The position numbers and the translations under genes are program-made. A stretch of 64,000 bases of DNA from Catajapyx aquilonaris. Lineage: Eukaryota. Shown here one piece after another: positions 54,901 to 61,750 of the stretch (its first letter is position 1; every line of letters begins with the position of its first letter). The DNA lies in the NCBI GenBank assembly GCA_000934665.2, contig KZ538029.1:62001-126000 (forward strand). Direction: 5' to 3'. Below the pieces are notes generated by a model. That model was not told where the DNA came from. It searched no databases and worked only from the letters and a program-made list of their open reading frames with translations.

Positions 54901-56471
54901 ACAAGGATATAGCCAGATAAATTCGCGCCTCAATTGTTGCGAATCATGTTAAGGAATCTGAGGCACGAAATGAGCCTAATCAATAGGGCTGACCTCGCCG
55001 ACTCCGCAGTCATACATTATAAACGAGGTTATATATGGATCACCCAGATTGCACCAAAAGTAAAAGCCGAAGCGTGAACAGTTTCTTTTCCAAATGAGTA
55101 AAGATTCCAATCAGTCATTTTGCAAATTGTCTGCAAATAGATTGATGTTTTCACTACTGTTTGATATGCCATATCTGCAGGTCACATTTGTTGTGACATT
55201 TTGCCGATATTCATGGGCTTATGTCATCATTTCCGCGTGTTTTATGAGGCGTATTTCAGCAGTACAATGCAGCTCAAAACTTAGATATTAACGAAAATGA
55301 AATGTCAGCATTCCAGTTTCCCTCATATGGGAAAGGCAAACGACGCCTAAAATATTAACAAACGTGGGTGTAAAGGACACGCGAATGACCCATATACTAT
55401 AAATAGGAACAGTATAAATACTGGTCATTAACAAATGAAACTTTCTTCATTTCCATATTCTTATTGCCCTTATTATTTTTGTATTCCGACACTTTGTATG
55501 AGACGGGTTAATGGCTAGTTGTTGAACACAAATTAAGAAGTAAATCTACGATAATGTGGGCTTATGTATTATACATTTATTTACGGTTTTATTATTTGCA
55601 TTTACATTTATTAAATCGCCAACAAGGCAGTTTACACAAAATATTCAAACAGAAGCAGAAAAAAAATTAGCCAAACTGTGAAAGACACGTTTTATTGCCG
55701 GATATATCAGTTTGGCTCTTTTTCTACAGATGCAAATGTGACTGCCCCTCCTTCCTACAGCAGGTCCGTTGTATATAGTTTCGTGTGCAACCGGTATGCC
55801 TACTGAATTCCTCTGGGTGGCATGTGTTCAGCGTAGCTCAGGCAGATACCTCAGGCATGCGTGACCGGAACAATTTCACCGGTTATGGGCTGTAGACTCA
55901 GCAGTAATGTACTATTGTGCAGTGATTATTCATCCAATCTCGAACCAGGCATATACTGCCACCCGGAAGGGTCATGCTTACACTTTTGTTTATGCCCAAA
56001 CTGGCTATATCCTTGGTAGGCTATATAAACTCGTTACACTGATGAGACATGAAGTTTGAGTGAATACTGACCAGCTCGGACGTGGACATCGCGGGAGTGG
56101 ATAGTTCCGACCGAATTCCGTGCCATACAAACGTAGACCTGGGCGTGAACCTCTTGTCGGTAGTCGTCGGCCCGGAAGGGCGGGAATACCAGGTTGCCGT
56201 TGGGAAGAACCTTTGTTTTTGGAAATGGGGGAACTTGCGCATATCCGGTCTCTCTGGACTTGTCGTCTGGATATAGGTAAGGGACTTACCTGACGCAATC
56301 CGGGGACATCTCCGACAGCTGTTCCATCAGCTCGAACCCAGAATATCTCTGCTGTTGGGGTGGCTCGAGCGGCGCATTCTACGACGGCTCCTGTGGTGTT
56401 GCTGAAGTCTACTTGAGGAGGTGGTTCCTTCACAAACATAGGTCCGCTGGTTTCTTCTTCCGCCAAAGCTG
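6858..56471 (-). CDS. Dscam1: Hypervariable Dscam (10 Ig, 6 FNIII, TM, cytoplasmic tail) with mutually exclusive exon clusters; signal-peptide exon not located
   Basis: Diagnostic Dscam peptides throughout ([84 protein letters not shown]); phase-compatible splice sites. Confidence 0.98.
7933..7938 (-). CDS. Dscam1: Candidate 6-nt cytoplasmic microexon (adds KP)
   Basis: pyrimidine tract..cactag|GAAACC|gtaagt, frame-preserving. Confidence 0.5.
8081..8150 (-). CDS. Dscam1: Dscam cytoplasmic exon
   Basis: [24 protein letters not shown]. Confidence 0.9.
8218..8403 (-). CDS. Dscam1: Dscam cytoplasmic exon (polyproline)
   Basis: [30 protein letters not shown]. Confidence 0.92.
8494..8677 (-). 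CDS. Dscam1: Dscam cytoplasmic exon
   Basis: [34 protein letters not shown]. Confidence 0.9.
8736..8890 (-). CDS. Dscam1: Dscam cytoplasmic exon
   Basis: [32 protein letters not shown]. Confidence 0.93.
9834..9968 (-). CDS. Dscam1: Dscam cytoplasmic exon (second in-frame acceptor at 9959)
   Basis: [22 protein letters not shown]. Confidence 0.85.
10677..10829 (-). CDS. Dscam1: Dscam juxtamembrane cytoplasmic exon
   Basis: [34 protein letters not shown]. Confidence 0.95.
11320..11538 (-). CDS. Dscam1: Dscam alternative transmembrane exon TM2 (17.2-like)
   Basis: [47 protein letters not shown]. Confidence 0.93.
11582..11749 (-). CDS. Dscam1: Dscam alternative transmembrane exon TM1 (17.1-like)
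   Basis: [45 protein letters not shown]. Confidence 0.92.
12715..12881 (-). CDS. Dscam1: Dscam FNIII-6 C-terminal exon
   Basis: [21 protein letters not shown]. Confidence 0.93.
12942..13118 (-). CDS. Dscam1: Dscam FNIII-5/6 exon
   Basis: [29 protein letters not shown]. Confidence 0.93.
13179..13410 (-). CDS. Dscam1: Dscam FNIII-5 exon
   Basis: [33 protein letters not shown]. Confidence 0.93.
13474..13743 (-). CDS. Dscam1: Dscam Ig10 exon
   Basis: [30 protein letters not shown]. Confidence 0.95.
13973..14272 (-). CDS. Dscam1: Dscam FNIII-4 exon
   Basis: [28 protein letters not shown]. Confidence 0.95.
14357..14512 (-). CDS. Dscam1: Dscam FNIII-3 C-terminal exon
   Basis: [33 protein letters not shown]. 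Confidence 0.95.
14592..14833 (-). CDS. Dscam1: Dscam FNIII-2/3 exon
   Basis: [32 protein letters not shown]. Confidence 0.95.
15302..15521 (-). CDS. Dscam1: Dscam FNIII-2 exon
   Basis: [28 protein letters not shown]. Confidence 0.95.
15603..15902 (-). CDS. Dscam1: Dscam FNIII-1 exon
   Basis: [25 protein letters not shown]. Confidence 0.95.
15969..16117 (-). CDS. Dscam1: Dscam Ig9 C-terminal exon
   Basis: [33 protein letters not shown]. Confidence 0.95.
16190..16337 (-). CDS. Dscam1: Dscam Ig9 N-terminal exon
   Basis: [35 protein letters not shown]. Confidence 0.95.
16499..16792 (-). CDS. Dscam1: Dscam exon 10 (Ig8)
   Basis: [33 protein letters not shown]. Confidence 0.96.
17330..17366 (-). 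promoter_or_regulatory. Candidate downstream docking site of the exon-9 cluster
   Basis: RNA AAGGUCCAGGAGGGGUUUGGAGAAACUUGUCC is complementary to motifs downstream of many exon-9 variants. Confidence 0.75.
17634..17921 (-). CDS. Dscam1: Dscam exon 9.28 (Ig7 variant)
   Basis: [15 protein letters not shown]. Confidence 0.9.
18062..18420 (+). mobile_element. Helitron/DINE-like element (copy 2) with three internal ttcgcaac(t/c)tc repeats
   Basis: Starts a^tctctaaatatataaa; contains gaaacttggcacac; homologous to 1403 and 46568; 3' end approximate. Confidence 0.55.
18536..18811 (-). CDS. Dscam1: Dscam exon 9.27 (276 nt)
   Basis: [28 protein letters not shown]. Confidence 0.9.
18950..19237 (-). 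CDS. Dscam1: Dscam exon 9.26
   Basis: [16 protein letters not shown]. Confidence 0.9.
19848..20135 (-). CDS. Dscam1: Dscam exon 9.25
   Basis: [15 protein letters not shown]. Confidence 0.9.
20215..20502 (-). CDS. Dscam1: Dscam exon 9.24
   Basis: [16 protein letters not shown]. Confidence 0.9.
20796..21110 (-). CDS. Dscam1: Dscam exon 9.23 (315 nt)
   Basis: [16 protein letters not shown]. Confidence 0.9.
21283..21570 (-). CDS. Dscam1: Dscam exon 9.22
   Basis: [16 protein letters not shown]. Confidence 0.9.
21678..21968 (-). CDS. Dscam1: Dscam exon 9.21
   Basis: [16 protein letters not shown]. Confidence 0.9.
22080..22367 (-). CDS. Dscam1: Dscam exon 9.20
   Basis: [16 protein letters not shown]. 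Confidence 0.9.
22479..22766 (-). CDS. Dscam1: Dscam exon 9.19
   Basis: [16 protein letters not shown]. Confidence 0.9.
22915..23168. mobile_element. Foldback MITE-like element
   Basis: Long imperfect inverted repeat agtgctggatattaat..gtcatactgc / gcagtatgac..attaatgtccaacact. Confidence 0.75.
23401..23688 (-). CDS. Dscam1: Dscam exon 9.18
   Basis: [16 protein letters not shown]. Confidence 0.9.
23980..24267 (-). CDS. Dscam1: Dscam exon 9.17
   Basis: [16 protein letters not shown]. Confidence 0.9.
24395..24682 (-). CDS. Dscam1: Dscam exon 9.16
   Basis: [16 protein letters not shown]. Confidence 0.9.
26563..26850 (-). CDS. Dscam1: Dscam exon 9.15
   Basis: [16 protein letters not shown]. 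Confidence 0.9.
27340..27627 (-). CDS. Dscam1: Dscam exon 9.14
   Basis: [20 protein letters not shown]. Confidence 0.9.
27731..28018 (-). CDS. Dscam1: Dscam exon 9.13
   Basis: [15 protein letters not shown]. Confidence 0.9.
28067..28354 (-). CDS. Dscam1: Dscam exon 9.12
   Basis: [15 protein letters not shown]. Confidence 0.9.
28526..28813 (-). CDS. Dscam1: Dscam exon 9.11
   Basis: [21 protein letters not shown]. Confidence 0.9.
28914..29201 (-). CDS. Dscam1: Dscam exon 9.10
   Basis: [21 protein letters not shown]. Confidence 0.9.
29311..29598 (-). CDS. Dscam1: Dscam exon 9.9
   Basis: [21 protein letters not shown]. Confidence 0.9.
29735..30022 (-). CDS. Dscam1: Dscam exon 9.8
   Basis: [21 protein letters not shown]. 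Confidence 0.9.
30143..30430 (-). CDS. Dscam1: Dscam exon 9.7
   Basis: [21 protein letters not shown]. Confidence 0.9.
30538..30825 (-). CDS. Dscam1: Dscam exon 9.6
   Basis: [21 protein letters not shown]. Confidence 0.9.
31029..31316 (-). CDS. Dscam1: Dscam exon 9.5
   Basis: [21 protein letters not shown]. Confidence 0.9.
31398..31685 (-). CDS. Dscam1: Dscam exon 9.4
   Basis: [21 protein letters not shown]. Confidence 0.9.
31816..32103 (-). CDS. Dscam1: Dscam exon 9.3
   Basis: [21 protein letters not shown]. Confidence 0.9.
32171..32339. mobile_element. Foldback MITE-like element
   Basis: Inverted repeat atgctgcgcagctagatttggaaata / tatttccaagtctagctgcgcagcat. Confidence 0.75.
32441..32728 (-). 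CDS. Dscam1: Dscam exon 9.2
   Basis: [21 protein letters not shown]. Confidence 0.9.
32830..33117 (-). CDS. Dscam1: Dscam exon 9.1
   Basis: [21 protein letters not shown]. Confidence 0.9.
33321..33630. mobile_element. MITE-like element with 16-bp terminal inverted repeats
   Basis: tagagcactcaatcta / tagattgagtgctcta; no clear target-site duplication. Confidence 0.55.
34118..34279 (-). CDS. Dscam1: Dscam Ig6 C-terminal exon
   Basis: [32 protein letters not shown]. Confidence 0.95.
34370..34632 (-). CDS. Dscam1: Dscam Ig5/Ig6 exon
   Basis: [36 protein letters not shown]. Confidence 0.93.
34769..34913 (-). CDS. Dscam1: Dscam Ig5 N-terminal exon (probable GC donor)
   Basis: [30 protein letters not shown]|gcaagt. 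Confidence 0.9.
35011..35265 (-). CDS. Dscam1: Dscam Ig4 exon
   Basis: [43 protein letters not shown]. Confidence 0.95.
35328..35509 (-). CDS. Dscam1: Dscam exon 7 (constant half of Ig3)
   Basis: [36 protein letters not shown]. Confidence 0.96.
35623..35743 (-). CDS. Dscam1: Dscam exon 6.29
   Basis: [20 protein letters not shown]. Confidence 0.9.
36255..36375 (-). CDS. Dscam1: Dscam exon 6.28
   Basis: [20 protein letters not shown]. Confidence 0.88.
37433..37511 (-). pseudogene. Degenerate exon-6-like pseudo-exon with in-frame TAG
   Basis: ctttccag|[25 protein letters not shown]|gtaagt; same phases (1 to 2) as exon 6. Confidence 0.65.
38153..38273 (-). CDS. Dscam1: Dscam exon 6.27
   Basis: [20 protein letters not shown]. 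Confidence 0.88.
38425..38545 (-). CDS. Dscam1: Dscam exon 6.26
   Basis: [20 protein letters not shown]. Confidence 0.9.
38749..38869 (-). CDS. Dscam1: Dscam exon 6.25
   Basis: [20 protein letters not shown]. Confidence 0.9.
39029..39149 (-). CDS. Dscam1: Dscam exon 6.24
   Basis: [20 protein letters not shown]. Confidence 0.9.
39220..39349 (-). CDS. Dscam1: Dscam exon 6.23
   Basis: [20 protein letters not shown]. Confidence 0.9.
39424..39535. mobile_element. Palindromic MITE-like element
   Basis: ggtggaatttttgtccca / tgggacgaaaattccacc. Confidence 0.7.
39565..39674. mobile_element. Short MITE-like element with CAGT termini
   Basis: cagtgtgttcc.attg / caataggaacacactg. Confidence 0.6.
39929..40058 (-). 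CDS. Dscam1: Dscam exon 6.22
   Basis: [20 protein letters not shown]. Confidence 0.9.
40216..40345 (-). CDS. Dscam1: Dscam exon 6.21
   Basis: [20 protein letters not shown]. Confidence 0.9.
40580..40706 (-). CDS. Dscam1: Dscam exon 6.20
   Basis: [20 protein letters not shown]. Confidence 0.88.
40815..41009. mobile_element. Foldback MITE (about 195-bp palindrome, CAGT termini)
   Basis: cagtcatttccaggagtaaggtagcagac / gtctgctaccttactcctggaagtgactg. Confidence 0.85.
41021..41147 (-). CDS. Dscam1: Dscam exon 6.19
   Basis: [20 protein letters not shown]. Confidence 0.88.
41290..41416 (-). CDS. Dscam1: Dscam exon 6.18
   Basis: [20 protein letters not shown]. Confidence 0.9.
41461..41590 (-). 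CDS. Dscam1: Dscam exon 6.17
   Basis: [20 protein letters not shown]. Confidence 0.9.
41630..41756 (-). CDS. Dscam1: Dscam exon 6.16
   Basis: [20 protein letters not shown]. Confidence 0.9.
41805..41931 (-). CDS. Dscam1: Dscam exon 6.15
   Basis: [20 protein letters not shown]. Confidence 0.9.
41993..42090. repeat. Long inverted repeat/hairpin (MITE remnant?)
   Basis: cgaccgacaaaaatgggttccccta / taggggaacccatttttgtcggtcg. Confidence 0.75.
42290..42416 (-). CDS. Dscam1: Dscam exon 6.14
   Basis: [24 protein letters not shown]. Confidence 0.9.
42516..42642 (-). CDS. Dscam1: Dscam exon 6.13
   Basis: [24 protein letters not shown]. Confidence 0.9.
42754..42880 (-). CDS. Dscam1: Dscam exon 6.12
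   Basis: [24 protein letters not shown]. Confidence 0.9.
42927..43050 (-). CDS. Dscam1: Dscam exon 6.11
   Basis: [20 protein letters not shown]. Confidence 0.9.
43113..43233 (-). CDS. Dscam1: Dscam exon 6.10
   Basis: [20 protein letters not shown]. Confidence 0.9.
43348..43471 (-). CDS. Dscam1: Dscam exon 6.9
   Basis: [20 protein letters not shown]. Confidence 0.9.
43520..43643 (-). CDS. Dscam1: Dscam exon 6.8
   Basis: [20 protein letters not shown]. Confidence 0.9.
44334..44457 (-). CDS. Dscam1: Dscam exon 6.7
   Basis: [20 protein letters not shown]. Confidence 0.9.
44619..44742 (-). CDS. Dscam1: Dscam exon 6.6
   Basis: [20 protein letters not shown]. Confidence 0.9.
44850..44973 (-). 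CDS. Dscam1: Dscam exon 6.5
   Basis: [20 protein letters not shown]. Confidence 0.9.
45294..45435. mobile_element. Tc1/mariner-like MITE remnant
   Basis: cagggtgact..aaag / tttagtcaccctg-ta termini. Confidence 0.55.
45945..46068 (-). CDS. Dscam1: Dscam exon 6.4
   Basis: [20 protein letters not shown]. Confidence 0.9.
46115..46238 (-). CDS. Dscam1: Dscam exon 6.3
   Basis: [20 protein letters not shown]. Confidence 0.9.
46304..46479. mobile_element. MITE, inverted relative to the copy at 52049-52283
   Basis: Terminal repeats gagcgcaacc.agtgcgca / tgcgcagtcggttgcgctc; internal ttggcaacgtcgcaaaagtcggccatattgtt. Confidence 0.8.
46568..46670 (+). mobile_element. Helitron/DINE-like repeat (copy 3)
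   Basis: aaagtttg..tatgtccgggctacctaacccactt..gaaaagtccgaaaacc. Confidence 0.6.
46776..46902 (-). CDS. Dscam1: Dscam exon 6.2
   Basis: [20 protein letters not shown]. Confidence 0.9.
46971..47094 (-). CDS. Dscam1: Dscam exon 6.1
   Basis: [20 protein letters not shown]. Confidence 0.9.
47362..47433 (-). promoter_or_regulatory. Exon-6 docking site
   Basis: RNA AAACUGGAAGUUGCCUGGAUGUCGGGAUAGGGUACCCCUGCCGUUCCGCUCCGAGGAAGACC in the exon 5-6.1 intron; core resembles the Drosophila exon-6 docking site as recalled (UGCCUGAAUGUUGGGAUAGGGUAC); complementary motifs lie upstream of many exon-6 variants. Confidence 0.9.
47923..48072 (-). CDS. Dscam1: Dscam exon 5 (constant half of Ig2)
   Basis: [50 protein letters not shown]. 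Confidence 0.97.
48986..49147 (-). CDS. Dscam1: Dscam exon 4.11
   Basis: [27 protein letters not shown]. Confidence 0.92.
49056..49090 (-). promoter_or_regulatory. Candidate exonic docking site for the exon-4 cluster (inside 4.11)
   Basis: Complementary to intronic motifs at 49985-50001 (17/17), 51521-51539 and 49245-49265. Confidence 0.6.
49416..49583 (-). CDS. Dscam1: Dscam exon 4.10
   Basis: [24 protein letters not shown]. Confidence 0.9.
49762..49926 (-). CDS. Dscam1: Dscam exon 4.9
   Basis: [22 protein letters not shown]. Confidence 0.92.
50063..50224 (-). CDS. Dscam1: Dscam exon 4.8
   Basis: [22 protein letters not shown]. Confidence 0.92.
50346..50507 (-). CDS. Dscam1: Dscam exon 4.7
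   Basis: [22 protein letters not shown]. Confidence 0.92.
50620..50790 (-). CDS. Dscam1: Dscam exon 4.6
   Basis: [22 protein letters not shown]. Confidence 0.92.
50927..51088 (-). CDS. Dscam1: Dscam exon 4.5
   Basis: [22 protein letters not shown]. Confidence 0.92.
51283..51444 (-). CDS. Dscam1: Dscam exon 4.4
   Basis: [22 protein letters not shown]. Confidence 0.92.
51613..51780 (-). CDS. Dscam1: Dscam exon 4.3
   Basis: [22 protein letters not shown]. Confidence 0.92.
52049..52283. mobile_element. MITE, same family as 46304-46479, opposite orientation
   Basis: aacaatatggccgacttttgcgacgttgccaa; terminal repeats gagc.caaccgagtgcgca / tgcgcactcggttgcgctc. Confidence 0.8.
52635..52796 (-). 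CDS. Dscam1: Dscam exon 4.2
   Basis: [22 protein letters not shown]. Confidence 0.92.
52976..53134 (-). CDS. Dscam1: Dscam exon 4.1
   Basis: [22 protein letters not shown]. Confidence 0.92.
56072..56210 (-). CDS. Dscam1: Dscam exon 3 (Ig1 C-terminal half)
   Basis: [46 protein letters not shown]. Confidence 0.96.
56290..56471 (-). CDS. Dscam1: Dscam exon 2 (Ig1 N-terminal half; CAGCAG tandem acceptor)
   Basis: [41 protein letters not shown]. Confidence 0.95.
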
Positions 56472-59400
56472 CTGGAGGATACGAAAAAAATACGACGATC
56501 AATTTCAAGCATCTTAATAATTAGGTAATATTGCCAATAACTATTGTACTGGGCTCCGTCATCTATAAAGTACCAATATCAACATGTTATTCGAGAGATA
56601 ATGAAACAATATGTTGGCACCGAAGGTACATCCATATAGGGTATGACCCACTTACAACCGTGCGAAGTTTGGTGCGGATAGTTTCAAAACAAACGTGTCC
56701 TACAGTCCCATGCAAAAAAAAAAAATGGCATCGTGGGTTGATTCCATCATGCAAAAAAACAAAATGCCGTTAGCACTAAAAGCGGAAAAGTTTTCAAGTG
56801 AAAGAAAACCTACAGCCCGTCGCAAAACATTTCCCGGTTCTTGTGGAACTACAGCCTGAATTGCATGCACGCCATTGGTTGAACGACCTAATTGCCTCAG
56901 CAGCATCGAGCTAAGCGAGAAAGATCAGATATTTTTTTGCATATATACAGTGTGCTCCAAAAGTTACAAATATTCGAGTACAGTGGCATTTTGAGTATTT
57001 AAAAAAATCGCAAATTCTTACAGGTTTGCGATAATTAGACTCTTCAATGAGAGCACACTGATGGTCTCTATAAAATGACCGAACAGTCTGGTCACTTCTT
57101 TAGATCCGCAAACTCCGCCCATTGCAAACGAAAGGAAAAGAGGTGTGAACTGGATTTGTTTGACCTTCGTCCACAAAACGGTCAGTGACTCTCGGTCAAA
57201 TGGGGCGGGGTCGACAACCTCTGTACACCACAACCAAAGGTAAAGAGACAGAGGCTTCAGCACACTCACTGCAAAATTGAACCACCAGGTAAAAGAAGAG
57301 AGCCGAAGCTCCCCAATTGGGTTACCTCCACTTCAAAAAAGACTTCCGACTCGCAATTCCGGCCTGTGACTTTTTTTCTTCTTCTATTGGTTGAATAATT
57401 GGAAGGACTGAATGGAAAAAATATGACGTTTATTATTACCATATTTTTGGCTGCTAGCGGCTGCTATTGAAAATACACAGGGTGGTACGCTGCTCAAGTA
57501 CATACAATTGTATGGCATTGACTCACACCAATTTTTATGAATGCCCTTTACAGTACAACCCAAATGGACGGCCATCAACGTAAAGAGAGTACACGAGTAT
57601 GTTTTTAATGCAGTTTGCTCCCAGGATGACGTCATTAATTCCGTGGGCTGAGTAACCCACCCATTTCCCACCCACCCAAATCGATTGTTGGGGGGGAGCC
57701 ACGAGTGTGCATAGAGTGTACACTAGGCGCACGTGCCAGAGTTGGGCGTGACTACTTCACATCAGGAAGCTTCCCTTGATAACAATTACGCTTATTGTAC
57801 CATTTTTTTGTGTATGTGCGAACCTCTGGAGCCAATCAGAGTTGTTTTCAAAAAAAAGGGTTCAGGATACAGATGGTTAGCAGGACACACCCAGGTCACT
57901 GGCAAAAAAAAAGTGCATATAATTTACTTGGCAATGAATTGAGATTTGGATGGATCAAGGGGGATGGAGGAAAAAGGATTGTTTGCTCTCAAGATGGGGA
58001 GGGGAAGAAGAGTGAAGGACCTGAAAATGGCTTTTCCAGAAGCCTTTTAGGAGTACGATGATGGAAGTCGACAGGGTGTACTTTCGGCAATTAACCCGCT
58101 TAAAACCTGGTCTAATTTTAGCATGAATCTGTGCACTGGATAGATGCTCCCAAAAATGTTGCGGACAAGCAATATTCACGAATGACAACTACTAGCAACT
58201 TTAATAAATCGGAGAGTACATGTACTGCGGTCCAATTAATCCTCTACTGTGGGTGCTTAGTAAATAAAATTCAACATGGGGGGTTCGGGCAATGGCAACG
58301 CCGCCGACGTTGCAAGGGCCCCTGGATCGATCCATCGACGGCGTTTACTCACCCTGCCCTAGCAGAGTTGCCAGCTGACTACCACACGTACCACCATTTG
58401 TCCTTTGGTTAAATAAATTTAAAAAATAGGAACTGGCAACTGTACTTCCCATGGGGAGGAAAAGGGTGGCCTGAGAGGGCTTTCACGACAATGAATGAAT
58501 TGCTTGGACATATGAGCAATGTTCCCAAGAGTGATGACATTGTTGTAAAACGTGACACCAGTGTTGACCATCATAAAACCCATTTGTCAATGTTTGATGT
58601 TTCACTGTATATCCGCAATACAGCAAATGACTTCATCGGGGGGAAAAACTTGATGAAAGCAAAAATGCAAATAAAATGCATGCATTTGCATTTACATTGG
58701 ATTTCGGGGACCCCACTTAAAGGTATCCCCCTGTTGTATATTTTATTAAAGAATGCTGGGTCCCTGCTTTTCGAGTCAGTCTAAAAGCTTTTCGGTCGGG
58801 GAATCTTTTCCGGGATTCGAGCAAAGAAGTAAAAAGAAAGTGTGTCCCCCTTTTTTTTTCCTCCTACTTCTTCTTCTTCTTCTATACCGTAGACCGAAAG
58901 ACGAAAAAAGGAGGCATGGGACTCGTAAAATGGGACTTCGGAAGCAAACAGAGTGAAAGGGTACAGCCTGAATCCTTCGTAATCATCATCACTCTTTTGT
59001 CTAACGATATAACCCACTCGGCACTTCCTCTATACAAACAAAAGGTGGTGTCATATACACCACCATGCGAGGTGTCTGCGGGAACGCAGAGGACTAATTA
59101 TGGACATGGCGGTTAAGTGAATGCGAAAAGGTCAGGTGTCGTCGACTCTAATTGTCCACTTGTACTTTTGGACAGTTAGAAAAATTGAAATGTTAGTCCC
59201 TTGCGTATGTGTAGGTGTAAGTGAGGTGCAGTGTAATAGTAGAGAACAGCTGATGCATGCGTGTATTTTCTGGCCGGCATGAGAAGTGTGAGAACGTTGC
59301 ACCTTGTATGCACAATGTACTCGACTAATCACTAACTGAGATAACGGTCAGTGAACCGTAACCTGAAACGAGTACGATAGATGTCTCTAGGTGCAACGAA

Positions 59401-61428
59401 AGAACTTTGCGCACTAACCGCTGCCAACCAATAGGAATCACTCATAGCAGCTCAAGGTCAAACTGTCCGGAACTTTTATGTTGCATACAGAACAAATCAT
59501 TTCTATTGTAGCAGATTCCAATATGTAACTCTAGCTACTGTTTCCCCCGAACCCCCCTCGCATTTAACGGCTGATGCCCCGAAGCTAAAGCAGGCTATTA
59601 ATTTTACACTATTTAGCTGCAGCTACTTTGCATCAATGCCAGCCATATAATGCATCTAACACAAACTCTGTGGAGCACATTATTCACCATCACGCCTGGA
59701 CTGCCATGCCATTAAATAATGTGATACCAGTCCTTACGCCTGGTTCCAAGTATTAAAATCATAATGATAAAAACTGGTTTACGCTCTGTGAGCATAGGGA
59801 ACAGTTAATTTGAGTTGTTATTTTTTGAGTTATTTCAAGAGGCTATTCACTTTCTTCACAATAAAAACTGTCTGCTATGCTTTTTCGTTATGATTTTTCT
59901 TTCAAACCACTGAACACTTTAATTCTTAGATTAAATGTTCCTGTCTACTCAATTTAATTTAATTTAACTTCCAATTTGAAGAAAAAACTCTAGGAGAATC
60001 ACAACCATTTTCCTCGAACAAGCGTCAGAAGCTTCTTTAACAAATTAAATGGCAATTAAAATGCAGCTTGTCTTGCTCTCTTGCAGGGGAAAAAAAGTGG
60101 CTCTGTGAATTAGAATTAGAAGCTAAACAGAATGGTTTAAATTAACATTACGCATGTCAGGGCATGGCGATCGACCACAGGCCAGTCACTATCAAGTAGG
60201 GCATTCATTTTCTCCATTAATATTATTTATTACAACTTGTTTTATTTATGTATTATCCAGTTACAGACAATAGGTGTTATTCTCATAAAAATTATTAGCT
60301 ATTTTAATTTCAACCAGTACTGAATGTCTGCAATAATGCTTTGTGTGGCAGGATAGAAGTAAAGTGTAAAGGTGATATCACATCGCTAAAAAACTGGTTT
60401 TAATGCCACTCCAGCAAGTAGAGCAAGGGTCGTTCCACTGCAGACTGTCTGAAGTGCAGGAAGCATGTGCGTGCAGCAGGTTCGAGGGCGTGCCATTTGG
60501 CTCCACAATGATTTAATCGCCGGAGGACCATGCATTGTGTTAGAACCAAATTTTGCACATAAGTGACATGTGCCCGAGATGATTAAGGCGTCTTCAGCCC
60601 AATATAGGTAGCATCAACACCCCCTTGAGGAATTTCTTTCTTATTATGGGACTGGTTATTTCCAGCCTGGGGGTTTACATTCAGAAGGGGAAGTGCATCT
60701 TGGAATTCAGGCGTCCCATATAATAGACCGGTGGTTATAGCAGCCTCCGTCCTTCAGTGCTATTGACCTCTGGGAAAACGGGGACGGACGCGTCTTGGGC
60801 CTTTGCCAGCATCAGGCGTCGCGGGCGTCGCAGCCTCCCCCGACAAATCTTTTTGGCCGTAAAGAGCAATGCATAATCTTTTGTTGTGCAACTTCGCCTT
60901 GCGTGACGGCCTGCTCTGCCATTGGGATTACCGCTGCTGTAACTCTTCACTTGCAAGAGGAAATGGAGTGGAGAAGCCGGATGATTAATATAAATATTAG
61001 TAAGACACGGTGCTATAATCAGGATGTGCAAAATGCCAAAACATCATATGGCAGCCAAAAGTACAATGTTTCTCCTCCAGCAAAATATCGGGGCATTGAT
61101 CACAATTTGGTTCAATAATATTATGTTAATATAATACTGCTGCAAGCCAACCCCGTGTAATTAGACTAGGTAATGAAACCGTCGGGACTGGTCAGGCCGC
61201 GGTCAAAATACAATCACGCTGCCATGATGCTGTGTTATCATTTATTCAACAATAAACTGCTATTTACTGACTCTACCTTTTCGTTTGTTTACAAACTACA
61301 AATACAGTCGCGTCAATAATACCTTACGCAATTTTGATATCCGATATTCTGCTGCTGGTATATACAATATGTGTGATTCAAAGTTCCTCGTGTAGGGGCC
61401 AGGCTTAAATTGATACACAATTTTTATT

Positions 61429-61548
61429 CCCGATTGCACCAACGAAATTACCGATTCGATAGCTCCTAACAGATAGCACACGTTAAAAAGAGCTCCTAAC
61501 GATCCATTAGGAGCTATCGGATCGCTAATATCGGTTGGTGCAATCGGG
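61429..61548. mobile_element. Palindromic MITE
   Basis: cccgattgcaccaac..gatagctcctaa / ttaggagctatc..gttggtgcaatcggg. Confidence 0.75.
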
Positions 61549-61555
61549 CATTAGA

Positions 61556-61750
61556 CTTGTTCTCATCGAGAAAAAAAAGTCATAGGACGGATCTGTCCGT
61601 CCGTCTGTCCGTGGACATGTATCAGGGCCTAAACTGTAAGGGATAGGGACAAACGGTTTTCGGATTCGGATTCTGCGTGACCAAAATAGGTTTCATTCCT
61701 AATTTCTGGAGCCCAACGAGAAAAAGTCTCGTGATTTGCCAATCTCGTTA
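61556..61750 (+). mobile_element. DINE-1/Helentron-like non-autonomous element
   Basis: (GTCC/GTCT)n microsatellite, subterminal repeat tctc.tcg / cgagaa, short 3' stem-loop; family assignment is inference. Confidence 0.55.

Noticed and set aside
57018..57269. Candidate Dscam signal-peptide exon
   Set aside because: The ATG-initiated frame meets its gtaag donor in phase 2, not the phase 1 needed for exon 2, and is not a convincing signal peptide
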